Assembly (NCBI GenBank): GCA_012026655.1
Contig: JAAILG010001238.1
Location: 1-64,000, forward strand
DNA length: 64,000 nt
From: Hydrolagus affinis
Lineage: Eukaryota
Reading direction: 5' to 3'
Shown here in pieces: positions 12,478 to 25,530 of the stretch (within the stretch, counting starts at the first letter, position 1; each line of letters begins with the position of its first letter). A model generated the notes under the pieces. It was not told where the DNA came from and made no database searches. It saw only the letters and a program-made list of their open reading frames with translations. Both the position numbers and the translations under genes were made by a program.

Positions 12478-14039
12478 TCTGAGATACAGTAGGGGGAAAT
12501 GCTGCAGCATAAAAGGCCGGGGTTAAATAATGGATGAATTAATATTTTGTTAGTTAATTTTAGGATTGGTATAAAACTTGACCTCTGTGAGATCTACCAC
12601 ATTTTCTCCATTATCACAGCTGCACATCATCAGAATTTTTCACGATATCATGGGGAATACCATAAAAAATATTTAACGTTCAATCACCTGGAAGTCAGGT
12701 GTTTGGAAATTATTTGTGGTCTGTGCAGTGAAATTACTTGCATAATGGATGGCATGAGTTTCAATTGTGTTGAAAAATTTAATGGCAGTACTCTTCATGA
12801 TTCAAAATGTCACACATCATTTCTTAATCGGATTAGCCGCTGAAGTGCATCAGACCCATGTTTTATTGGAAAGAAGTAGATGGACATCAGGTTCGGCCTT
12901 TGTCTTCCTGCTTGTGTATTTTGTATTCTTATTTGGCCAAGATACAATATTGAAAGCAGCCAAGTAGAAAAGAGCAAACTGGGCAATCTGTTCTCAGGAC
13001 TGGACCTAAACAAGTGGCCAACAAAAGGAAGCAAATGAGAGCAACATGAGATTCAATCATTTCAATGGTTGAAAATAAGAATTAGATAGGATTCTACGGG
13101 TGAAAGTAATTGGTCACCTTGCCGCTTATGGATTGCCCAGGGAAGGCATCTTGACAATGTTACCGATTAATCAGAATAACCATCAATCAAATACTAATGG
13201 GCGGGTGAACTCATAAGTATTGTTGATATTGCTGCCACCTGATACTGTATTTTGGTTCGTAAGTACTTTTTTCTTACATGTTCCTTTTAAGTTATGTTTG
13301 AAATGAGTCCATTTTGTCAACTTTATCTCCAGTGTCATCTCTTTAATGATGTCAAGACTTTGCTCTGCCAACTATTTACCATCTTGATAGAAAAAGATGG
13401 TTCACTGGCTGCCAATTGAACCAGGAATTGAATGGATCCAACGGGAGGCAACAGGCTGAGGTACAATCCAATTTATCAGCTGCTTTCTGCTAATCACTAT
13501 ACCTTCAAAAACTACTGGTGTGTCTTGGTCAATGCCTGCTTTACACTGTTTAGTAATATTGTAATGTATAACAATGTATCTCAGCCTCTCAGGATGATTT
13601 ACTAGAGGAGAAAAAAGCATTAGAAAAGTCATTGAGGTCAGGTTCTCTTGAATCATTATAATTCTTCTCTTGTCGCTGCTATCTGCTCTTTTTTCTCTAA
13701 ACTTGTTTTTGCTATTCTGTAGTCATATGCAAGTTTTAAAATGCCATGAACAAATTAAAATTGCCTTAAAGATAATTGCAATTAAATTTGCCCCATATGA
13801 AAAGTATTGTTGTAGAACAAAACAAATGACTAAAATGGCAAGAGATATAAAATATAGATGTTAGCATCCTATCCTTCATAATTAGGCTAATTGCATTGGA
13901 CTGAAATAATGAGCATATAACTTTATGAATGCTGTAAGACCCAGTTGGAACTAAATTTCCTTGCCTGTATTGACTCAATATCTTCCTTCTGGTCAACTCA
14001 CAGAAATCAATCAAAATTGGCAAATTAATTGGCTTTTTT

Positions 14040-14330
14040 CTAGGAATTTAGGAAACTGGAACATTGTGGTCCATCTGTCTGGTCTCAAAATAAAAATGGT
14101 ACAATATTCCATCCCTGACTCACCTGAATGGATTGCTTTGTACAATTCCCCCTTGAAATTGTTGACAAAGTCTGCCCCCTCTCTTGGTAGTCGGTTGCAC
14201 AAATTCACCAACTCTCTGAGTAGCATCTTTGCATATAAACTCTCCATTCATATTTGTATTCCATCTTCAGAACTGGAAACAGTGCACCCATGTTTTGAGA
14301 GTGTTAAATATATTTCTCTGTTCAAGTTCA
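14040..14330 (-). mobile_element. Old CR1 3' end remnant
   Basis: Minus ORF 14011..14247 LVNLCNRLPREGADFVNNFKGELYK resembles the CR1 ORF2 C-terminus (cf. 3660-3740). Confidence 0.7.
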
Positions 14331-14607
14331 GTTTATCTGTACCCTTTGGGATCTTGCATATTTCAAGATGGACTCCCAGGTAAGGAAAAAGAAAAAACAC
14401 TATCTCTGTGGAAAACTGGTAAAGACACCTGGTAAACCTGAGTCAACTGTGATTATAGATGTGGACAAGTAAACTCTTGATAATTGGACAAAGAAGCTCT
14501 TTGCATATAACTGTTCCATGCAGAGGTCAGATTTCTGGGCAAAAATGCTCATTTGAAAGTTTCAATTATGCCCATTTCGATTATTTAAATTAACTTTTGT
14601 CCAGTAC

Positions 14608-14664
14608 CTTGGGTCATCCTCAAAACATGCAAAGCGCTACACAAATGTAATTTGTTGTTGTTGC
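14608..14664 (+). mobile_element. L2 3' terminal fragment
   Basis: ccttggg...aaagcgctacacaaatgtaatttgttgttgttg. Confidence 0.7.
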
Positions 14665-15374
14665 TGGTACAGAGCAGAAATCTGACACAAATTGCCAGTC
14701 TTTCAAGTGGAGGGTATAAAAATGTACTGGCACTGATTGGAAAAATGTTCATTTGCCTTCAGAGGAAATTCCAAATTTGGAATGAAGCAAATTATCAAGA
14801 CAGAATCGAGGGAACTTTGCTGGTTCTACAATTTGACATGGGAGTGATCACATCTGACAAGAGGAGAGAAGGGGATGCATTCTACTTTCAACTATAATTT
14901 ATCATTACATTTCATTATAACTTTAAATTGCCAACATCACAACAGATAGTGACAAGTGGAATACCACATGTGACCAAACTTGGAAACTCTTTCATTTTCC
15001 AGCATAGACATCTGTCACCTTAATGAGATGAAAGAATCACTGAAATATTTTTGACAAACTGCAGAGGCAATGCTGAGGCAAAATAATTTCTAAGAACAGC
15101 AGCTGGATGTCAGTGAACCATCTAACAGGAAGAAATCAATTTTAATGAGGAAAAAATTGAACCTCTGAAGAACCTTCAGTGTTGGAATAATCCTTAAAAT
15201 ACATTATAAAATACATACACCTATGCAAGCTACTCAGGTACCAATTTGAAGGAAAAAAAAATTTAATTCAAATTTTATACAATGTGAGAGAAAATACCGA
15301 GCCTGATTAGGAAGTGATGGGAAAACCATTTCAAACAGGTAACTTGCCTTGGTAAACTGGCAGCACAATTAAAA

Positions 15375-15572
15375 AATAATAATCCTTGCATTTGATATAG
15401 TGTCTTATCATGTCTTGGACATATTTCAAAGTACTTTACAGGAGCGAATTGACTGTTTATTTTGTGGGCAAAATGCGACAGCCAATTCACTTTACAGTAT
15501 ATTCTGTGAAGCATTTTGAGACATCTAGAAGATGTGGAAAGCACTATACCAAATGCAAGGATTATTATTATT
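15375..15572. mobile_element. Inverted (foldback) fusion of two SINE 3' halves
   Basis: A minus-strand tail and body (15375-15487) switches at caatt into a plus-strand body and tail (15483-15572). Confidence 0.88.
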
Positions 15573-16640
15573 TTGGGAGTGGGGCCATGTTTCATATTTT
15601 AAGGCCATTAACTATGATTTCCATAAACCAGTCTTCCCATTTTTGTTCCAAACCTGAGACAAAGAAATTTACTATCAGTGTTAGAATAATAGATCGAGTA
15701 ACATATTCATGTACCATTCTCAGATACTTTCTTTGCTCAGTTTTAAAACTCAGTAATTTCATTATTTCTTTATAGAGGTGCTCCCTCAGAGATTTACATG
15801 TATGTGTGAATTTATGCATCTGTTATATTTAACACCATTTATTTTCTGAAATGGTTTCATCTGTGTTGTCACAAGTGAAACCCTTCATTGATTTTTGAGC
15901 TTCAGTTACAATATTACTCAATGATTGGGCCTGAGTAAAGCAGACATTAGACTTCACTGTGTTCTCACTTCTACTGAAACCATTTTCAAGTGAATGTGTT
16001 GATGGTATGAAGAGATGGAGGATTTGTGTTCCTATGGCAACAGTAAAAGTGTCAATGTATTCTTTTAAATTGAAAACATTTTTTCATCTTCTCTCATCAA
16101 TAGTGCATTATTACAGTCGCTTTAGCATTGGTTTACCTTTGAATTCACTGGTTTCTATTCTCTGTTCCGTATTAATCATAGAAGGCACACAAAAGTAATA
16201 TTCAAAGCAGTAATAAACGAACACTCATTCTTTGCTGGGAATTCAAGGACAGGTCACCCTACGTTTACAAATTGGTAATATTTTGAAAATCAATTTAAGT
16301 GAAAAGCATTTCAAATTGTTTGAAATGTATTCGATATCCATCCGGTCGACACTCTGTTCACTGTATGGCACATAAGTAAAGTGGTATTGACGATAGTCCC
16401 ATCCAATCTTATGTGCCAAAATGTTGACCCATGAACTTTGTGTCGTTGTTTTTCAGTGTTTGCCTCTGGCATGGCCAAAATAATAATGATGAGAACAAAG
16501 ACAATTGGATGCTTGTTTGTGAAAGAGGCGCTGACTCTTTGTTTAACAAGCACTGTGAGGTGATAATTACGAGCAGCAAAATTGCTGCAGATTTGATTCC
16601 AGCCGCTGTACCCAAATCAAATAGGAGTGTTTCACACTTA

Positions 16641-16775
16641 ATAATAATCCTAATAATCCTTACATTTGATGTAGCATTTTTCACGTCTTCTAGACGTCTC
16701 AAAGCGCTTCACAGAATATACTGAAAAGTAAATTGACTGTATATTTGTGGGTGAAATGTGGCAGCAATTTGTGAC
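16641..16775 (-). mobile_element. SINE, 5'-truncated
   Basis: aataatccttacatttgat...cgtctcaaagcgcttcacagaatatactg...gcagcaatttg. Confidence 0.9.
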
Positions 16776-18409
16776 CAGTCAGGTTATTAGTTGGAAATTG
16801 CAACATTTGACAAATTCAGTGCACTACCACATCAAAACGATTGAAAAAAATCACATAATTTTATACCCCTCTTCCCCTGACTCCAATAAGTTCAAAGAAA
16901 TGCCTCAAATCAAAGTTATAATTCTTAATAAATCAAAATAAATCAATAGCTGAGGATTTTTCTAGAACATGCAGAACAGTGAAGTGATAAACTGGGTCAA
17001 TGGTGTATCACATTGCCTCATGTTGGTTTGAACATTCATTATTAAGTTCCATTTTCTTATTGAGAGTCAAAATTCAGTGTGGGTAGAACACAGCAGATCA
17101 AAACATGCATTTTTATTAAAATGTACATTACAACTCAGCAAGTGTAGTCATTCTTCAGTGCGGACAACTGAGGGTAGTTTGCACAGTTTGGCAATTTTTT
17201 CCCTGTGGTTGCTGCTACATTTACAGCTACAGGGAATACACAAAAAGTTTAAACATGAGGAAATATGGAAAGGATGACACAAGTTAGTGAGCTTGTCACT
17301 ATTGCAACAATCTGCTGTTCTTTCCATGTCTGTTACCTAATTCCTCAAATGTAAACTCTCTGAAGAGAGTCAACTAAAGCGGATAATTCCTTATCCCCAT
17401 TGTCCCTTTCACTTCTGTTTACTTTCTGCTGTTGCAAAGCACCAGTTACCAAAAGAAAATGCATCATACACAGGCATAAGTGCCACTCAGTATTGTGGCT
17501 ACAGGTATGAATGAGCCTATACCATTTAACACTGCTTCATTTATGGTTTGTGGTACCCTTAGATCACAATGGTGTTTCATGTGGAAAATGGCTAGTTGGT
17601 AGCACAGCTTACCGGTAATCAGGTTCACTTGTTAACAACTGGTTGAACTAGTTATTTTTGTACTGTAAATCTTGTGTTTTTTTCTGCCAGAAATACAAGC
17701 TTGCAATGATTCGCTTTGAATGAGGTGTTGTGCCAAAACAAACACTCCTCTTTCTGTAAGATGTCTCTGAGTGGAAAAATGGTCTCGGACATAATAGTTA
17801 AATGAAAATTGCTTCAATTAATTACAGGTTTGATCACCCAATCAAGTCATTAATGTGATCTAAACTCTCGCCCTTAGTACAGCTTTTATATCACGAAGTG
17901 CTGTTCTGTTAAATCATCCCTTGTCCTACTACAAAATGAATTCAAAAGAATCGATGGGAAGAGCAAAGAAAGCACTTTTATTTTGCAGTGGCAGATTTTC
18001 TTCAGTGTTCATGTGTAGGTTCCTACAGTCCCAATGATATGAGATCCAAATCATGGCACAAATACTGAGGTGCTTTCTGGAAGGATATCACTCATTTTCT
18101 TTGCCCTCAAAGACAAGTCGGCAAGGTAAACTAGGGGCTCAAGGAAGCCTGTAATTAATATGCATTTGTGTGTAGGCCCATATAGAAAGACGTTGGGATA
18201 TTCTCCTGATGTGAAACACAAAATATCAATTTAAATTGTTTTGTAAATTATATTAAAGAGAAAACATATTATCATCCAGTAGTGACCAAGAAATTCCACA
18301 AAATCCCAGACAGGAATCCAAAGGGTACATTAAGGAATGCCAATGTGGCAGAGCAGATTGATGTTAATGTCATAGGGAGCTTAATGATGTTAGGCATCAT
18401 ATACTTTAA

Positions 18410-18580
18410 GAATAATTTTTGCATTTGATATAGCACTTTATAATATCTTTGAGATGTCTCAAAGCGCTTCACAGGATACATTGTAAAGTGAATTGACTGC
18501 ATTTTATGGGCAAAACACAGCAGCCAATTGCGTACAGCAGTGTCCCACAAACAGTTGTGGATTGAGTGCTTATTATTATT
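18410..18580 (-). mobile_element. SINE, 5'-truncated
   Basis: Reverse complement of the SINE tail and body up to cccacaaacagttgtggattga. Confidence 0.9.
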
Positions 18581-20188
18581 AATTTGCCATACTAGAGGGA
18601 GGGAGGAAGGGAACGGGATGATAAGTAAACCAATCCTGAATTTCAGGAATGATTTCTTCTCACACACGATAAAAAAAATGAAGCGCTGCTCCGTGCAACC
18701 CAATGCAGTGTTCAAGCCCTTGTGAAAGCAAGGTTATAGATCGATAGATAGATAAATAATACGTGTCCTATTTCATTTAAACAGGTTTAGCAATATCAGT
18801 ACTGTCATAAGGTGAAGAGCATCAATGGAGTAAAGAACTCCTCATTTCACAAGGGCCAGATTTCCAACATCTAATGTATCCCGTAAAGGGGGCAGAGGAA
18901 TTATTTTCAAGATAGTCTTCTAATCTACTATGTCACTTTGTTCCTTCCAAGGAGTATGAGAGAGCCAGTATGAAGGTGAGAGCATTAATTGTATAATGTT
19001 CCTGAACTCCCAAGTTACCAGAATTTTCTTCTTCAGTGAAAAAGCACTTTAGCCCAATTCTCAGAAGGCTCTTTTGCTACAACAGGTTTTGCATTAATGG
19101 CTGGATGTAAGGCAATCAGGCTTGGAGAATGTGAGCATCTGCTGCTGAACTACAGTTTATGAACACTAACGCTTGCAGTGGTAGAATCCTGCTTTTACTG
19201 TTCCGCCATGCTACCTCTCTATCTGTCCTTAAACCCACCTTGAAGTTCACTTCTTCAACTATTGTCACTCACACCTCCTCCTCCTCTTTGCTTGGTGTCT
19301 GAACCCACAACTGACCCCACAGGGAATGTGACTCCGTTCAGATTGTCAGAACAAGCTTTGCTCTCCTACAGACACAAATCTGTTAAAACGCAATCCAAGG
19401 CAAATTCTACACCCTCAGGAAAGACAGCGCTGCTGAATAAGCCATTAGTGAGATAATGAGAGAATCGTGGGGTGGGATAATTACACTTACTTTCTCTTGT
19501 GAAAGGTTGTGAGGAAATAAATGATGAAGAAATCCAAATCAATTAAAAAAAAGCAAGTCATACAGATCAGGTGATTGCAGATTCGAAATCATTAATTCAG
19601 TTAATTCATCTCAGGCGCAATTGCTTATGCCTGGAAAATACACAGTTACTACACTTTACATCACAACCCTTGAAGCCTGTTGAGGTGGCCTTTAGAGGAG
19701 AAAGACACAACATAAAACACAAAAATTATTATAATTATAAATTGGGCGCACTGTGAAGATTCTCATTAGGGTTCTCAGTCCAGTGCCCTGGAACTCGAGG
19801 ACAGTATCAGCCTTGGCTACGATCTGCCTCCCCACCCAGGAAATTAGAAGAAAATAACGTTTCAACAGTGGCCAGTTTTAAAACGTTTATTTATAGGGAA
19901 GTTTTATTTACCGAAAGAGTGCTTAAATGATTGGAATATTGTGTCCCGGGCAATTGTCAAGGAATGTTTTAGGCACATTTATGGGGAAACGTGGCATGAT
20001 ACTGAGTGAGGAGGATTCTCATTGTGAACTTGAAATATTTCAAGTGAACGTGAAGCCCAATATCTTCCTGAGACGCCAGAGCCTGCATGAAAAGTAACCC
20101 TTGTATCTCTGGTAGTCTTGAGCCATGCCGTAAGCCATGCTGCTACTGAGAATAATTGATGAACTGAAGTCTCTGGGCCTTTGGGAGT

Positions 20189-20359
20189 GGAATTCTGTAG
20201 TGTAATGGTTAGTGTTTGTGGGACGCTGCTGTGCACACTTAGCTGCTTTTCGCCCACAAAAATATGCAGTCAATTCACTCTGTAGTATATTCTGTGAAAT
20301 GCTTTGGGACATCGAAAAGACGTGATGAGGTGTTATATCAAATGCAAGGATTATTATTA
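20189..20359 (+). mobile_element. SINE with a large internal deletion
   Basis: About 25 nt of head (ggaattctgtagtgtaatggttag) is joined directly to the body tgtttgtgggac; the tail is intact. Confidence 0.85.
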
Positions 20360-22582
20360 CTTTTCCACTCCTTTGTGTTTATGTATCTTCTGCTTTGCGA
20401 GCGAAATGCTTTGGACTCACTCTGCAATGCAGAGCAGCCTCAGACTTGTGAACCATTTCTCATGTATTGGGTAAAATAATAAGGGCATAAAAGTTGCTTT
20501 GCCCAGAATGAATTGGCTGTAACAGTCATACTTGCAGAAAGACACAGAAAAGTGTAACAAGAAAATTAAATAGAATTCTTGAAGTTGATTAACAGTACTT
20601 TTACTCAACAGCCTAACCTTTAATCAGATGTGACTATCTAGCCTTTGTGTATTTAACATTTTTAACCAACTCTACTGTTTCTCCCTATGTTAACTGGTTA
20701 AACATTTGCTGTGTTAGGAATAACTTTGATTTCCTTGTCATGTGGAAGCCAATTATACATCTTGTGTTGATTACAATAAACGGACAGAGCTGTTTTATCA
20801 TTTACTAAGAAAAGGCTATCACTAGTCTTTAATATTTTAAAGGTAACCATTGGTAAATTATTTAACTCTAACAGTTTCATAGTTCATTATTGGTTATTGT
20901 TTGCCTACAAAACACATAGTCACTACACTTTACGGTAAATGGTGAGAAATGCTTTAAATGCAAAGATTATTATTTGATATCTAATTCAAGCATTACTGGA
21001 GGAACTTATTTATACCGCAAAAACATTTCATTCTGAAATAACAATCTATAAGACTCTCTCACTACCCCCTCTCCACCCCAATTTAAATATCTCATCTTTA
21101 GTTGTTTTAAATATATTTTAGAAATCTAGCTTGAACTCTTCCTTTCTTGATTTCTTGATTCCTTGATTCTATTCTGTACATGTCAAAATGCATTACTCAA
21201 CTTCGGGTATATTTGCCTTTCAATATTTATCCTCTTGTTTCTTTCTGCTTTTAAAAGAAAAAGCACTACTGCAGTGAAAATTGCAGTTTGTGACATGATA
21301 ATTATTTAGATTTTTCATCCCAACAACTGGAAAATCAAAGACTCACATAACATATTGGTTTGCTTATGTCTGCATTTGTGAACTAGGGGAATTTCACATC
21401 TCCTGGAGAGTTGTCATATTGTGAGTGTTATGAAATAACATGAATAGTTTAGTTCACTGTTAGGCAGAATTTGGGCAGTGCTGAATCAACTGGCCTAGTG
21501 AAAAGGCCAGTTTTTCCATGTCATCTTACAAGCAATGTCAAATTTTGAAGCAATGTGTGTTCGGCCTGATACGCGCGAGTCAATGTAGTTTTTGACTTAT
21601 GCATTGCTAATGCAAGAGAGGGAATATGATGAGGGTATAGATGAGGAAAGCACTCAAAGCCAAACTTCTGTGTTTTTTAACTTACACTTGAAGCATGGTC
21701 AGGTCAGCTGTTACAAGTTACCTCTTCGAGTTTAATGTAGGAAACTACAGGAGCATTTTTCCTCTGAATCTAATTTCTTAACATTGAGGACAAATTTGTT
21801 CTCCATTTTTTTTTCATTCCTGCTGCTACTTTTCATCCTGGAATTTTACAGTCTACAGTGAGGTTGATCCATAATTCAATAATTTCACAGGAATTTTTTT
21901 TCTAAGTTCCTAGATTACTAGAAGGAATGTAGCAGATATGGGGCCTTTAGCAAAAAAAAACCTGTGTTACGTATCTAAGGAATTCTCTTCTCAATTATAT
22001 TTTTTACTCTTTAGAGTGAAATACTTCAGTGGTAACCTATATTCAATTTAAACTTATTTCATTTGGTACAAAAACCTTCAGGTTCATCGAACTTCACAGA
22101 GATGTTTGGATAAATTCAACTTGGTAATTTATATTACCAAACCAAGTTCCGAAAGATATTTTTTTCAAAATAGTAAATATGTTTTGCAGACTCCCCACCA
22201 ATGTCATTTGAAGAATGCCTGTTCATCCACACAAATTTAGATTCAGCACATCACATCAACCTTACAAGATGTTGTTAGTCGTATCTACTCTTCCCTGAAT
22301 CCGATGGGAGAATCAAAGAGTAAATTTGATTTTATTGCTCCCACTAATAAAGTACAATATTTGAAGATGGTCAGTTTCTTTTAAAATCAGTTGGATTTGT
22401 TTTGGTTGCATAAAGCTATTCCAAATCTTTCTACATCAGCATCAAAACTGGGTATGGAGGCTTTATTATCTGGAGCACATAGCTAGTGCTCACCTTCCAG
22501 TAAAACAGCATTCTTCAGCTTTAAACAAGTAATGCAGATGATTTATTCCAGGCACTTTAACCACTGAACTTCCTATCTGATA

Positions 22583-22720
22583 TAATAATAATAATCTTTA
22601 TATTTGATATTGTGCTTTTCACGTCTTCTAGACATCTCAAAGCACTTCACAGAATATACTGTAAAGTGAATTGACTGTATAACTGTGGGCAAAACGCGGC
22701 AGTCAATTGCACAAAGTAGC
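22583..22720 (-). mobile_element. SINE, 5'-truncated
   Basis: (aat)n...catctcaaagcacttcacagaatatactgtaaagtgaattgactg. Confidence 0.9.
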
Positions 22721-24157
22721 ATGCAAATGAAGAGGGGTTTCCAGTTCCAAATATATGCAATACTGTATACCTACTGTAGTGGTCATATTAGCCATGCCCC
22801 ACACAATACCTAGAGGAAGAGCTTTTAGGTAATTCATCTTGTGCAGTCTCATCAATTGAAAGATTGATTAATTGAACTTCTGGTTTATTCATGAAAATGT
22901 AATATACAGCTATATATATTTAAATTGAAAATGCAGCTTAAATGCTACCCAGAACTAAACTGCAACATGCAATTTCATCAGTATACAATACCAAAATGTG
23001 GTAAAGTATTTGTTATACTTGAGCAGCCCGCCATGTTAACCATAAATTGAAATACTGTTTTGAAAACATTAAGCTCGGTCAATGATTAAACTATTGTTTT
23101 TCAATCAATTTCATTCAATATATGTACAAAACATGCTTGAACGATGCTCCTTAAGGCAACATTTGCATTATGATTGTAAAGTACAACACCATTGTGATAC
23201 AATGGTGACATAAAACAATTAATAGCAATACTTACCAATGTCCCAGAAGCAAAGATTTATAATCACTTTCACTTGGTATTTAAAATATGATCAATCACAT
23301 CTTTGCAATAAGGGTAAAAAATATTGTCAAATGCTAACTTTAATTATTGTCAAAGTAATCTCAATTACCTGAGACAATTAACTAATGTAACAAATTCCAT
23401 GCAAGATAAATAATTTCCCTGAATTTTGCTATGAGCATTGCTGAAAATCCAGTTTGAAATAGCTCTTTCAAGAGCTGTTGGCTACTGTGCTTCACTTTGC
23501 ATTCTTGTTCTTTTTAAAACAGCTTATTCATGGTCTGCTGACAGATTAAATGTGAGGTTCACACCTTCAGTTACAATTTATGCACAGCAAATATTGATGC
23601 ATACTGAAGTTTTCTTTAGGCAATTGTACCAAAAACTTTTACATATAGGAATGCCTGTCTTACCTGCCTGTCTGAATCACAAGTGGGCAATATAATATTA
23701 CCCATTTGTACTTTTTTTATTCACTAAAGCCAGGGATCAAAGTCTTCCTTCTATTACAATGTGATCTAGGGACAGCAGTGTCTCCTGAGGTGCTGTCACT
23801 GACAGCACCATTTATCCATGGGATCTGGTTCATTATGAATTTAGAAAATGCCAATGAGCATCACCATTCTTCCTCTAAATTGGATCTGAAGCCCATCAGG
23901 CCTAAGAAGCATCTCAAACCTTGATTGCTGTGTTTTCCCCCATGACTCAAATACTTCAAAATCTTTTATTACACTAAGAATGCTCACCTCTACCTCCAAT
24001 ACGTCTCAATCTTCTTATTTTCCTCCAATCTCTTCTCTTTCCTCTGACTGCAAGTCTTTGTCTTAGCGATTTGTACACTGGGAAGCGGACAGTTTTTATA
24101 AGTGAACAAAGTTGTGGGTGATATTCTCAGGTTATGTAGCTGAAAAACTGAGATTGT

Positions 24158-24474
24158 GGAGTTCCTATAGCTCAGTGGTTAGAGCACTCGCCTTACAAGC
24201 GTGTTGTGTTTCGAATCCAGGCAGGTCAGGGCGAAACCTTGGGCAAGTTTCTTTACTCCACACGCCTAATAATAATCCCTCCAAAAAAAACCACAATAAT
24301 AAAATTGATCATTTCAATCCACGACTGTTTGTGGGACACTGTGGTGTGCAATTGGCTGCCGTGATTCGCCCACAAATATATACAGTCAATTCACTTTACA
24401 GTATATTCTGTAAAGCACTTTAGGACGTCGATAAGATGTGAAAAGAGCCATATCAAATGCAAGGATTATTATTA
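24158..24474 (+). mobile_element. tRNA-derived SINE, full length, short subfamily
   Basis: A box tagctcagtgg, B box tttcgaatcc, body and (ATT)n tail. Confidence 0.95.
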
Positions 24475-25457
24475 TATTACATTAAATCTTCTAACCTGTT
24501 ACATTACAGCGTTCAACTCTGCACAGTATAATACTGTATACTTCTACCTAGTAAAAAAAAATCTGTCAAAGGTATTCTTGACATTGGATCCAGGCTGATT
24601 TCTCAGTGAGGTAATTACACACGCATCAGGATGCATTGATTTTGTTGTTTACATACATATGTTGCTCTACCCAAGAACCCAATGTTCTTTTATCACCAAT
24701 GCTTACACATCTATCTGTGGCAATTAGAGTAATCTAACCATTTAGTGTCAATTCAAACCAAATCAAATCAGAGTGTCTATGAGTTTACAGATTACAGTAT
24801 AAGAATGTGAACATAAAGGAAGAACAAGATAACATAAAAATTTACGAGTGTTTGTCCAGGTAAAACTGATTAAGGTGTTTTTGACTGTTCCTTCAATAAC
24901 TGTTTGATATGTGGTTATCATCTTCCCAGCATGTTGACATTCACAGAGATCCATTTCCATTAGTTTTAATGGAAAATTGAAAACTTCCAACAGTCCACTT
25001 GTGCAAGCTGTCAGAGTCTTGTTCTCTACTCCCAGTTCAACAGAAGTTATTAGCAGCTGGCGAAGACCATATTTAACACTGAAGTTCTCAGTAATTAAGT
25101 CAGTCAAGTCAGTGCCTGCCTTTTCTTCATCAAATTTGAAAGGTAATGTAATCATACCTGGATAATTAGAAAATCAGAAAAAATAAATGAATTCAGATTA
25201 TGATGAGGCACATCTTACATTTATCTGATCAAACAACACTGTATTTACTACTCCACAAAACTGCAAAAATTGGCAACACCGAAAAAGGCTACCATTTCTG
25301 TAACTGGATCATTGAAAAAGCAATCCATTCAGTTCCATTTATCTGCCCTTTTCTGCATAAGTGCTGCAGATTATTTCTCTTAGATATCTACTTAATTTGC
25401 TCTTGAAACCTATGGATGTGGATCTGGACTCCACTCCTACACCTGGAAGGATTCCCA

Positions 25458-25530
25458 CAACCTGTAGTGTATTGGTTAGAGCACTCGCTTTGCAAGTATG
25501 ATTTGCATTGTTCAATAATTGTGCACAAAA
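25458..25530 (+). mobile_element. SINE head fragment
   Basis: cctgtagtgtattggttagagcactcgctttgcaag matches the SINE head. Confidence 0.7.
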
